DNA of 64,000 nucleotides, from assembly GCF_009914755.1 (NCBI RefSeq), contig NC_060931.1; one strand, written 5' to 3'. The translations under genes and the position numbers were made by a program. The DNA comes from the human T2T-CHM13v2.0 reference genome, Homo sapiens. Each line of letters starts with the position of its first letter. Within the stretch, counting starts at the first letter, position 1. Below, piece after piece: positions 1 to 13,369 of this stretch. The notes under the pieces are model-generated. The model searched no databases, was not told the DNA's origin, and saw only the letters and a list, made by a program, of their open reading frames with translations.

Positions 1-1373
1 CCTCGGCATAGTGGACATGGACGAGGGGGCAGCTTGTTTCTTGTTGGACAATCTTTTTTAAAGTGTCCTTGTAAACCACACTGATAACAAGCCCTACAGG
101 GTGATTGGCCTGCTCCATTTTCTGTCCTCTGTGAACCACCAAGGTTTGTTTTTCTGAGGGCCATGACTACGGCTGCAGCCTTTCTCTGATCTCACTTTTC
201 TTTTTGGGCATGTTCCTCTTGGACCCTATTATAGAACACCGAGGTTTCCAGGTTTAATAATGCCTCCAGATTTTGTTCAGGGCCCAGGGCTCGCTTTTGG
301 AGCTTTCTCCTGATATCTGTGGCTAATTGGGTAATAAACTTATCTTTTAGAATCAACTGAGCCTTGAGTGAGTCAGGTGATAGGGGAGTATATTTTCTTA
401 AGACCTCTCATAGCCTCTCGAGGAAGGCAGAAGGATTTTCTTCCTTTCCCTGAGTTATGGTAGACATCATTGAATAATTCATGGGCTTTTTCCTAATTCT
501 CCTTAGTCCTTCTAGAACGCAGGTCAACAGATGTTTACAACTCCAGTCCCCATGATCTGAGTCGAGGTCCCAGTGGGGATCCATACTGGGGATGGCTTGC
601 TGACTGGTAGGGAGTTTGTCCTTTTCTCTGGCTGTCATTCTATCATTTACTTGACTAAGATACTAGGTATCTCCAAACTCTCGGCTGCAGCTAAAGCCGC
701 ATTCTTTTCATTAAAGGCCAGGGTTTGATCTAACAATAGCATGACATCTCTCCAAGTGAGATAGAAAGTTTGCCCTAGACCCTGTAGGACATCTATGTAC
801 CTATCAGGATCATCTGAAAACTTCCCCAGGTCTGCCTTGATCTGCTTTAAATCAGAGAGGGAGAAGGGGACATGTACCTGGGTTGGGCCAAATTCCCCTC
901 CCCCTATAGCTTGAAGGGGACATAACTGATAGCATGGGAGTTTTTGTGGCCCTTTGGAGATTTCTTTGCTTGTTTCCTTCTGGGTGGGGGAGATTAGAGT
1001 AGGCTTATCATTAATAGGAAGGAGAGATATAGGGAAGCTAGGATATGGGGGTAAGCTGAGAGGTCCTGTGGGATGTAAATTGCAAGCTTTGTATAGTTGT
1101 GTATTCTCCTTCAATGAAAAGAAAGCTTGGACATAAGGTATTTCATTCCATTTACCTTCTCTCTTACAGAAAAGGTCAAGCTGCAGGATAGTACTGTAAT
1201 TTATACTTCCCTCAGGTAGCCATTTTTCCCCATCAGAGAGAGAATATTGGGGCCAAGCCATAGTGCAGAAAAAAAATGAGCCACCTCTTTTTCAGGGTTT
1301 GTGGGTCAAATTGGTCCCAGTGGCTTAGGATGCATTTCAAGGGTGAGCCTGTTGATGCCTGAGTGTTTCCCAT
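1..1373 (-). pseudogene. gag: ERV9 gag pseudogene
   Basis: Starts MGNTQASTGSPLKCIL (ATG at 1373). Frameshifts near 1270 (A8 run) and near 680, plus stops. Contains MHR-like TITQGKEENPSAFLERL and zinc knuckle CYQCGLQGHFKKDC at 48-89. Confidence 0.9.
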
Positions 1374-2510
1374 CTGAAAGACAAAACCACCTGCCATTTT
1401 GGTTTGTTTCTCCCCCTGCCCAAGAACCCACAACAGTCCCTGGACCCTGCTGATCGGAATAGTTGTGCTCACTGACGCAGCAGCAGAAACACCCCTTGCC
1501 CAAGAACCCGCAGTGGTCCCTGGACCCTGCTGATGGGAATAGTTGTGCTTACCGATGCAGCAACAGAAACACTAGTTTTCCTCCTAGACCACAAGGAGGA
1601 CCGAGGAAGGTTGGATTTAGTGGCCCTTACTGATGCATTCTTGAAAACCTGTTAGAGTCCTAAGCATTCTCCTGTTAGTACTGGGACCTTACCCCATCTT
1701 ATAAAGATGTTACACCCCAAAAATGAAGTGGAGGGCCATACCCTGAGGAAGGGAAGGGATCTCCAGAGTTGGAAGAGTGATGCCTTTTGTCCTCACTTAT
1801 ATGAGTAGGAAGGATACCATTTCTGAAGCTCCCCATATCCTAGCTTCAGGAATCACTTTTTTTAGGCCTGCTAGTCTGAGGAAGGATTCTAAAATTCCAG
1901 ACAATTCCACGCCCTGATGGGGCTTTGGGCAAAAATTCTATCTTTCTGATTGGTGAGTCTGGGTGCCTAAAGACGGTAATAGAATCCTGAAGTTTATACT
2001 AGAAATCATTCTTATAGAAGAAACTAGAAAAGCACCAGAGACAGGGAGTGGTTTTTAGAAGTGGGACTAACCTCGGAGAAGAGAGGCGAGAGGAAGTTTG
2101 TCTGACAGGCATTAGGACTCAGGAGGCAAGGGTCAGGATAGATAGGATAGATGGGTGAGTTTTGCTTGGGCGACATGACTTTGAGAGTTCCACTCATGGT
2201 TGCAGGGTCAACCAACTTGTTGTCAGGACCCTGGAGCTGAATGGCTTTCCTCTCTGTCGACCCTCAGCTCAGCCCAGAAGTACAGGAAAAGCAGAAGCTG
2301 GTTCCAGGCAAACCAAAGCTCCCAAATCTGAAGGGTTGGGGGTTGTTAGCCCTTTCCCAGAAAGCCTGACACCTGTGTCTTTAGTCGGCAGTCGTGCTAG
2401 TCACTTTTAACTGGCCAACAGGTGCCTGGTATTTAGCCCCCAAATTCTAAGGAAAAATAAGACAGAATAGCAAGTGAAAGGGGTCTGATGGTACACACTG
2501 CTTGGTGATA

Positions 2511-2528
2511 GTCCCATCTGGGTCACCA
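2511..2528 (-). promoter_or_regulatory. Retroviral primer-binding site, tRNA-Arg type
   Basis: TGGTGACCCAGATGGGAC, 3 nt after the LTR end; 17/18 complementary to the tRNA-Arg(CCG) 3' end GTCCCATCTGGGTCGCCA as I recall it. Confidence 0.8.
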
Positions 2529-2531
2529 AAA

Positions 2532-3369
2532 TATGTCTGGAATTGGTTCCTTCTGGTGGGTTCTTGGTCTCACTGAATTCAAGAATGAAGCCGCGGACCC
2601 TCGAGGTGTTACAGTTCTTAAAGATGGTATATCCGGACTTTGTTCCTTCAGATGTTCAGACGTGTCCAGAGTTTCTTCCTTCTGATGGGTTCGTCATCTC
2701 GCTGACTTCAGGAGTAAAGCCGCAGACCTTCGCAGTGAACATTACAGCTCTTAAAAGTGGCGTGTCCAGAGTTATTTGTTCCTCCTGGTGGGTTCGTGGT
2801 CTCGCTGACTTCAGGAGTGAAGCCACAGACCTCCGCGGTGAGTGTTACAGCTCATAAAGGTAGTGCGGACCCAAAGAGTGAGCAGCAGCAAGATTTAATG
2901 TGAAGAGCGAAAGAACAAAACTTCCACAGCGTGGAAGGGGACCCAAGTAGGTTGCTGCTGCTGGCTCGGTGGCCAGCTTTTATTACCTTATTTGGCCCTG
3001 CCCACATCCTGCTGATTGGTCCATTTTACAGAGTGCTGATTGGTCCATTTTACAGAGTGATTATTGGTGCGTTTACAATCCTTTAGCTAGACACAGAGTG
3101 CTGATTGGTGCATTTTTAGAGTGCTGATTGGTGTATTTACAATGCTTTAGCTAGACACAGAGTGCTGATTGGTGTGCTTTTACAGAGTGCTGATTGGTGC
3201 GCTTTTACAGAGTGCTGATTGGTGCATTTACAAACCTTTAGCTAGACACAGAGCATTGATTGGTGCGTTTTTACAGAGTGCTTATTGGTGCGTTTACAAA
3301 CCTTTAGCTAGACAGAAAAGTTCTCCAAGGCCCCACCTGACTCAGAAGCCCAGCTGGCTTCACCTCTCA
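2532..3369 (-). mobile_element. LTR12 (ERV9 5' LTR)
   Basis: Starts TGAGAGGTGAAGCCAGCTGG. U3 has a tandem CCAAT array (3005-3310), followed by AATAAAAGCTGGC and a triplicated R/U5 unit (2560-2860). Ends AATTCCAGACATA. Confidence 0.92.
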
Positions 3370-3669
3370 GAAGGAGTCCGTGGCAACATGGAGTCCTGTC
3401 TGAGCCCTGCACCACCCACCACTGGGTGTCCTTTATGTGAGAAAAATAGCCTTTCTTTTTTTTAAAGAAAAACCCATCATTACTCTGGATTGTACCCATA
3501 AGCAGTAGAACCTAACCCTAAAGACACTTATGTCCTCCAGTAGACTAGGAGTGTGTCGGTATGTTTCCCTCTATGACAACCATGCGGGAGCTGGATCTTG
3601 AAGAAGGAGTGTTCCAGTTTCCTGGAGGAAACAGCCTATGGAAAAGCATGGAGCTGTGAGAGGGAGGGC

Positions 3670-4730
3670 CTTTTATTCAGTTCACTGTTGCTGCATAAAA
3701 CCCCCCTCGGAAACTTAGAGGCTTGAAACAGGAAGAGTGCATTATATCCCATGGTTCTGTGGGTTGGCTGGGCTCGAGCTGGACTGGAAGTCCAAATGCT
3801 CATTCATACTTTTGAGGCCTCAATGTGGGCAGAGGTACCTCAGTTTTTTTCCATGCAGCCTTTCTCCTTCACGTGGTGTGTCATCCCCCAGGGTTTCTCT
3901 TGCAGGAGTGCAGCCTGGACTTCCCCACATTGATAAAGGAATTAAGAAAAAAATCACTTAGGCAGATAGTAAGGGTATGGGAGTCCTCGGTAAGTCTTTT
4001 CTCTCTAATGAAAAGCAGCGCCAACTCATTTTATAACAGAGCAGCCTGTAAAGTCTAGCTGCAGACATAGACAAGCAAGCTGGGAGCTTGCATGGGTGAA
4101 TGCTGGCAGGAACTGGGGACTAGACATGTTCAAGATGGCAGCTCCATCTTCCCTTCTTCGTCAGCCATGTGTACAGTAAAGAGCAGACAAGATGGCGCTG
4201 ATCAACTAAAAAGTCCATCTGAATAATACGATTAGGGTGGGGTGACCAGCCTTCCACACTATGTAAGCATCATACCTGATAGAACCAATCTGTGAGCCCT
4301 AAGTAAATCAGACACAGCCTTCCCCAGCCTGCTTATAAAATCTGCTGCAGTCTGCTGCCTCCCTGCTTTTCAGATGCCTTTCTCTCTCTCTCTCTCTTTC
4401 TCACAGGGAGCTGCTTTCCTGTCTCCTTTCTTCTATTAAACTTTCCACTCCTTAACCCACCCACATGTGTTCATGTCCTGAATTCTTTCTCAGGGAGAAA
4501 CAATGAATGCCAGGGTATATACCCCAGACAATGTAGCCGTTTCAACATGGTGGCTGTGAGATCTAAAAGGGTGCAGAGGGCAGCTTCACCTCCTAAGGGC
4601 AAGGCCTGGGTGTGGCAGTCTCACTTGCATTTCCTTCTCTGGGCCAGCCCAGCTTCAAGGGGTGGGAAAGATGCCGCCTCTTGTTGGAGGAGAAGCAGGC
4701 ACACGCAGGAGGGTGGCCATTTTTGGCAGC
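3670..4730. mobile_element. Old MaLR LTR (MLT1J/K-like), split by the solo LTR at 3931-4544
   Basis: MLT1-like motifs on both sides of the insertion (ggccagcccagcttcaagggg...). Confidence 0.6.
3931..4544 (+). mobile_element. Solo ERV1 LTR (LTR9/MER61 family)
   Basis: TGA...TCA termini, 4-bp target-site duplication ACAT on both sides, CCAAT, TATAAAA at about 4334 and ATTAAA at about 4435. Confidence 0.8.
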
Positions 4731-5066
4731 CAGCTTTGGAGACTTACCTACTGCCCATGTTTTGTAATGACAAGCTTCCTGTGACTGGGATGCAGGATCA
4801 AAGAAGAAATGGGCGGGAGAGAGAGCCTGGAGAGACATGGACTCTGCAGGTGACGAGTTTGGAGTTTACGCTACAGACAAAGCTGACTCTAGCACATGTG
4901 GTGGTCAGATCACATCCTGGTTATAATGATGCTAAGAGCCACTGTTGATTCACCACTCAGCATGTTTTACATACGTCATCTTCTTAATAAATGCAGGATA
5001 GCCTAGCAGCTAGGGGCAAGGACCCTGGAGCCAAATGGCTTGCCTTCAACATCATAACTCATCACA

Positions 5067-5466
<400 letters not shown>

Positions 5467-6692
5467 TAAGTGAGATCATATATGCACTCTACTTGTCACT
5501 TACCCCTCTGTAAGCATTAGCTCTTGTTAATGCTCACAACAGTGCTGGAAAATGGTACTATTGCTCCCTTTTTAAGGAGAAGGTAACTGAGGCACCAGGA
5601 GCTTAAGGCTTCCAAGGCCTGTTGCTTCATGAATTCCCACTGATTGTGTTTCCATGTGTCCCCAGCTCCAGGAGGCAGCTGAGCAGAATTGCATTCTTTC
5701 CATGAGACTTACACGAGCCTGGAGTCTCTACCTGTCCCTGAAGAGTCCTTTGCTCCCCTACAGCCTCACTCAACCTCCTGGCTCCAACTGATATTTGCAG
5801 AAAATCACTGTAATAATATTAACAGCTGGGGGCTTTTCTGAGCCTGTACAAAGTGTGCATCTTGGAGGGCAGAGTCCTTAGGTGAAACTGAAAGTCTTTG
5901 GGGTCTGAAGCTGCCTTGAGCCTGGACAGGTCATGGAAGCCCTTGGTGCATCCTCTCAGCCGTCTTTCTGCTGAGGTTTATTGACTGGAGCTTTGTGAAC
6001 CTGTGAGTTACATTAGCGCTCTGAGGCTGGAAGTCTTCCTGTAAATGCTCCATGTAATTAATTATAAACAAAGCAGCAAGCCAGGAGCACAATACCCAAA
6101 GAAATCCTTAGCGAGCCTCAACATGTGCTCTTTATTTCTCCTCTGCCTTTCCATCCATCCAAGAGCTTCAAAGTGTAATCCTCCTTAACGACAGGTTCAT
6201 GATGATGAGGCCATTATTTTTGATACTGCAGTTTTAAGAAGTGACCCAGAAAACAGGCTTTACAAGCAACCTCTCCCCATTCCCCTTTACCCTAAGCAAA
6301 GGCCCAGATTAAAAGAGCCTTAGCTTGTACGAATATTTATGCTAGAGCCTCTGCCAAATCAGATTAGGGGAGTTCATCCCGCCGGGCAAACACGGGTTCT
6401 GTACTCAGATTTAATGAGAAACTGACATGTTAATAGCATATTGATGCATCCATCCATCAGGAAATCCATATAGCACAGTGAATGTGCGCCATGCATCTTG
6501 GGGCCCAGGAGAGATGCTGTCTTTGTCACTTTTGGTTCCACCAGGAAAGCTGTTGTTGCAATGAAAGGGATTCCAAAGACATTCTGCCTCACACCAAAGA
6601 TGAGATGTCGGGAATTCTGGTCTTAAAATACCTGGGAAATCCCTTTCTTGACACTGCCAGGGAGTGTGTGAGACAGAGGCTAATTCCTCTAA

Positions 6693-7099
<407 letters not shown>

Positions 7100-7301
7100 A
7101 GACTTTTTTACTGTAGAATTTTCACCCTGTGACTTTCCAGGAAGCAAATAAATTATGCTGTGCATCCAAACTTTTCAGACTTTGGAGTTCTTCCTTCTCA
7201 AAGCACCCCCACCCCACCCACAGCGCATACATCCTTTTTGTGCCATGCAGCCCCTTGGCAGTTTGGGGAAGCCTGAGGATCCCTTCTCAGAATAACATTT
7301 T

Positions 7302-7598
<297 letters not shown>

Positions 7599-7814
7599 AG
7601 AATAACATTTTTAAATGCAAAAAAACAAAACATGTAGGATTACGAAGAAAACCAATTCTATTGAAATAGAATATCAAAGAATATTTTGAGATATTCACAA
7701 ATGAGCATATATAAATATATGGGCTTCTTTTTGAACGTGTTAATAACCAGATCCAGAGTTGGTTCTAATAACTACAGTTGTTTTAAGGTATTGATGTTTT
7801 AAAGTATAAGATAT

Positions 7815-8785
<971 letters not shown>

Positions 8786-9307
8786 CAACAACTGCAATGT
8801 GATGTGAAAATATTTGTGACAAGGACTAATTCAGCTGTGTTTTGTTACCTACATTCATTATGAAAGGAAATGCTAAATTTTAGCATTAGCATTTAGAAGA
8901 CAGTGAAGACTTATTTTTTTTCCCATTCAAGTTTACAGGCACTATTAATTCTGGGGATCCCTAAGGACCCTAGTTAAGAAAATTTTCTCAGTTGGATTAA
9001 ATCAGTGACAGAGCAGGGAGGGATTGGGAAGCTGGTGCGGATTCTGGGGAGATTCAGGTCCGGTCACATTGTGTATCAATACAAGTCCCATATAGAGATT
9101 TTTAGCTGATCTGCTTTTTCTGGGGGGCTGACTTTATTTTTGTCACCAGGGCCTGAACCCAAAAGGCTCAGCATGAAATGAAAAATGCTCATGGTGGGTG
9201 GAAATAGAAATTTTGGTAATTACTCATGTGGCAAATAGTGAGCTCTATTTCAATAGTGTAGGGCAAGCCAGGTCTCTCCTCTGATAACAGGAGAGAGTAT
9301 CTGTTTC

Positions 9308-9714
<407 letters not shown>

Positions 9715-10717
9715 TGATGGCTTTTCTTTCTCACTCTTCTCACCGTGATGAGCGAGGAGCGTGATTCAATGGGTCTAATTCAAATGTGTCAAAAAAGAGG
9801 CTGCTGATTTTACTTTTAAATAGCAAGAAATAACAGTGTGACCTGGAGAGCAACACTAACTTCTCATTCATTCATTCATTCAGTGCTATTTCTTGTGCGT
9901 CTGCAGTGGTCAGGCATTGTGTTGGGGGTTGGACACAGGAGTACACATGACCGGCCAGGTACCCATCTCATGGAGCCTGCAGTTCAGGTTCCGGTGCTTT
10001 TTTCCACAGCCCCTCCAGGAATGGGGAGATGGGGAGGGCAGCATGCCAACCCAGGAAAGCCCTTCAGGTGCCTGTCAGTGGACAATCCTCAGACACCATC
10101 ATTCTGGAAAACTCAAGGCTGAAGACAGTAGCTCAAGGGGCACCTGTGCAGCAATACGGGATAGGTGCTGTTATAAGAAGTACGCAAAGCACAGGGACGG
10201 CATTCTCAAGCCAGAGAGAAAGACTTGGTCAAATCTCAAAGAAGGAACGTGTCTGGAGCATAGAAAATGCAGGCAGAAGTGAATGAGCCTTGCCCGGGCA
10301 CCTGAGCCAGGGCAGAGGGCCTGACCTCAGACTCCAGTTTTGCAGGCAATAGTGGTATTTAGTAATGATTTCCATGTGGTATTTATTTGCAGTATTTGTG
10401 TTTTCTGAAAAAGTGAGATGGGGTCAACGTCCTCTTCCACCCCTCAGTTCCTTGGTGCTGTGCCTCAGAGTAAGGTCAAAGCTCAGGATTTGGGTACCTT
10501 TGTTTTCCCACCTGAGCCCATTCAAAAGATGGAACTGGTTAGATGTTAGGTGATTCCCCAAGGTTGTGAGTGGTCAGGCCTAAGAGAATTTAAACAGTCT
10601 TTTTTAGAGGGGTGGGAAGTGACAGGTTCAGAGAAGACATATAGGGTGGGAGAAGGGAGGTAGTCAGGCCGGGAGACCCTCCCTTTACTCTGGAGTCTTC
10701 CTGTACAGATTAAATAA

Positions 10718-10908
10718 GTGTACTTTGGGTATCTATCACCTTAAATATTTGTCTTTTCTGTATGCTAGAAACATTCAAATTATTTTCTTCTAGCGATTTG
10801 AAATGAAATGTACAATAGCATTTAGTAAACTATAGTCACCCTACTGATCTGTCAGACACTAGGCCTTATTTCTTTTATCTAACTGTACATTTATACCCAC
10901 TAATCAAC
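10718..10908 (-). mobile_element. L1MA-type 3' fragment
   Basis: Typical L1MA 3'UTR text (agaaacattcaaattattttcttctagc...atagtcaccctactg). Confidence 0.65.
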
Positions 10909-11344
10909 TAATAAAATACTTTAAAGGAAAAAAATTGTATTGTCATTTTTCTGGACTTTGTGAGGTTATATGGCACTTTGTCAACTTTTAAACATTTGTA
11001 ATTTGTGGTGATTTCTTTCCTCATTCTAAATGTGTATTCAAGTTCATGTCTAATTTTGTATTTATAGTTTTGTGTTATGTTTTTCAAGGGGGCCTCATGA
11101 AGCCTGCTCTGCCCCCTTGTGTGAGTCCTTGGCAGCTGGCCAGCCGCCTGCATAGGAGGAAGCTCAGCTCGCCCGGCCATTTTAAAGAAGTCAGCAACAC
11201 AGGGGGGATCAGTCCCCTGGCATGCCAAGACCCTGGGTAAATTGCTGAACATCGCTGGACTTAAGTGTTTTTAGAAACTCCTTTTAGAACAATTAGCTGT
11301 AAAGGGCACAGATACTCTCTTGTTTGGAATGGCACCCAAAGCAC

Positions 11345-11350
11345 TTTATG
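11345..11350 (-). terminator. Putative non-canonical poly(A) signal CATAAA for AOAH
   Basis: The only recognisable hexamer variant in the 3' UTR; no AATAAA seen on the minus strand within several hundred bp after the stop. Confidence 0.5.
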
Positions 11351-11355
11351 AAAGG

Positions 11356-11704
11356 TTATTTCAGGAACAGCGGAAGGGTTACTGATCCCGGGAGCACACA
11401 GCATTGCACAGTCGTCCAGATATGCTCTTCATTGAGAGAAAGACATTTTGCAAAGATGCTGCTGAAGAAGAGTCCTTTGGGCCTGTGACGTGGCAGCCCC
11501 CATAGGGTTTGTGGAATGAGTTTACCCAAGCCTCTGCCTCCCTGTGCTCCCCAGGGGTGCATGCTCCTGAGAGGCTCAGTGCCCGCCTTGGTCTCCAAAC
11601 ACCTGTTTAATCTGGGGGTTGAACGGATTCTCCTTTCCCAGGATTTGGGGCCACTGGAGCTGCACCTTTTTCCAGAAATGATCCGCCAACAACAGCAAAG
11701 CCAC
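11356..11704 (-). CDS. AOAH: AOAH last exon, alternative frame (WLCCCWRIISGK...LETKAGTEPLR...VTLPLFLK*), used when the 119-nt exon is included
   Basis: The frame is stop-free from 11703 to TAA at 11358-11356; ORF track 11356..11598 is its distal part. Confidence 0.75.
11576..11704 (-). CDS. AOAH: AOAH last coding exon, main frame VALLLLADHFWKKVQLQWPQILGKENPFNPQIKQVFGDQGGH*
   Basis: ctctcacag|GTGGCT...CACTGA; 43 codons including the stop. Confidence 0.96.
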   Translation of the reverse strand: MALLLLADHFWKKVQLQWPQILGKENPFNPQIKQVFGDQGGH

Positions 11705-11789
11705 CTGTGAGAGAGAACCCAAAGGACGAGGAAAAGGGAAATTAGGACAAATCACTTACCAACAAGATTTCCCACGTGCTTTCTGCCAG

Positions 11790-12275
11790 AGACAGCCTCT
11801 AGGATGGCCCCATGACTCCCACCCCCATGTCTCTGTATAACCTCCTTCCCTTGCTGGCGGTGGGACCTATCACTTGCTTCTAACAGAGGAAGTGTGGCCG
11901 TGGTGAGGAGACGCTGCTTCAGCGATGGTGTCACATTGCGTGAGGCTTGGCCTTGCTAGTGACTGGCTTCGGAGGCTCTCCTTTCTGGGCTGGAGCTGAG
12001 GGTGACCCGGTTGCCATCCAGCCTGAAGCTGGCTCCTCAGTCCTGCAGTCTCAACGGGAATGAATCTGCCAACAGCCTGAGTGAGTTTGAAAGCAGTTCT
12101 TCCCCAGATGAGTCCCCGGATGAGAACATGGCCTGGATGCCATGCCTTGATTTTGGTTTGTGAGACCCTAAGCAGAGGACCCAGTTAAGCTGTGACCCAC
12201 AGAAACTGTGAGATCATAAGTGTGTATTGTGTTAAGCTGCTAAGTGTATGGAATTTGTTTTTTCAGTAATAGATT
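11790..12275 (+). mobile_element. MaLR LTR (MLT1E/F-like)
   Basis: Ends ...acccacagaaactgtgagatcataagtgtgtattgtgttaagctgctaagt... Confidence 0.7.
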
Positions 12276-12795
12276 AAAAATTCACTTTCTCAGAAATCCA
12301 CTTATTCATTTATCTGTGGACAGCTAGCATTTACTGCAGGCCTAAGGCTTGGGTTTTAGAGATGAACGTGGTGTGTTCTTCCTTCCAGAAAGTCTCAGCC
12401 TAGTAAGGTAACCAGACATGCCAAATGACACCACCAAGCCCACAGGGACTGGAAAGGGAAGAGGTGTCACTTCTGTCTGGTGGGGGAAGGGGTGGGATCT
12501 CTCTGAAGAAGGTGGCGGCTGAGATGAATTTTCTAGGAGTTCCCTAGATGGATGATGTGGGGAAACTGCAATGGTAGAGGACACGGCGTGTGCAAAGGCT
12601 CAGAGCTGTGGGAGAGAATGGCATGTTTGGGGAACTACAGGTGCCTGGGAGTGGAGGCTGCCTGGGTCCCTGACTGGGTGGGGGGTGGGATCCTGGCAGG
12701 CTGTGAGGGCAGGGAGTCTGGCTGAAGTGCCAGAGAGGAATCCTTAGCTTAATACACAGCAGGCTCGACTCTGGCTTTCCCAGCCTGAGGCTTAC

Positions 12796-12914
12796 TCTCT
12801 GGTTCTGCTGTCGCATGTCAGGTTTCCCTTTATCCATGATGTTAGCTGGGTCCATTCTTGGTTGTCCAGTGTCTGGCTTGTCATTAATATGCCTTTGAGG
12901 AGGATGCTCTTTCT
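12796..12914 (-). CDS. AOAH: AOAH alternative cassette exon, RKSILLKGILMTSQTLDNQEWTQLTSWIKGNLTCDSRTR(E)
   Basis: gtttgcag|AGAAAG...CCAGAGA|gtaagc; 119 nt, open in the phase-0 frame, and shifts the next exon into an alternative open frame. Confidence 0.8.
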
Positions 12915-13369
12915 CTGCAAACAATGCCCTCATTTAGCAAATGGGACCTGGCCAGGCCTGCAGACTCCAGATGGCTCCATCTCAACAGTGGTTTTCAATG
13001 CTGAGCAATGAGAAATGTGATTGCTGAAGGCCTGCCAGAGGGGAATACATTGTTCGGGAAGGATGCTCAGGGATATCCCTGACTTTTCCCCACAGGGCAG
13101 CTCACAGTCCCCTTCCTAATAGGCAGCGTAGCCAACTCCCTCTCTGGGCCCAGCCCTCTCATCTGGACATTGAGTGGGCGACAGAAAGTGATCCAAAGTC
13201 CTTTCTGTGTCTGACTGTTTGTGAGATTTTAGTAGTTAGAGAAAACTAGGACTGATCCAGTCACTGCATAAAGTCCCCAGCATTTTAATGTGTTCTGAGC
13301 CTTCTAAGGTGGACACGAACTTCACTCATCCCGCTGCGTAATCTCGGTCATGTCCATGCAGTGTCTCCC

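Larger units (their letters stand above)
1..2531 (-). mobile_element. ERV9/HERV9 internal region (leader plus defective gag), truncated by the window start
   Basis: Gag-like peptides in successive frames, immediately downstream of an LTR12 and PBS. Confidence 0.9.

Noticed and set aside
2511-2528. Match to a tRNA 3' end as a possible tRNA gene
   Set aside because: Only 18 nt next to an LTR; it is the primer-binding site and has no cloverleaf.
3005-3310. Regularly spaced repeats resembling a CRISPR array
   Set aside because: No unique spacers or cas genes; this is the LTR12 U3 tandem array in a mammalian genome.
11754-11760. Strong donor TTG|gtaagtg just upstream of the last AOAH exon
   Set aside because: It would leave a 55-nt intron, below the usual human minimum; no support for use.
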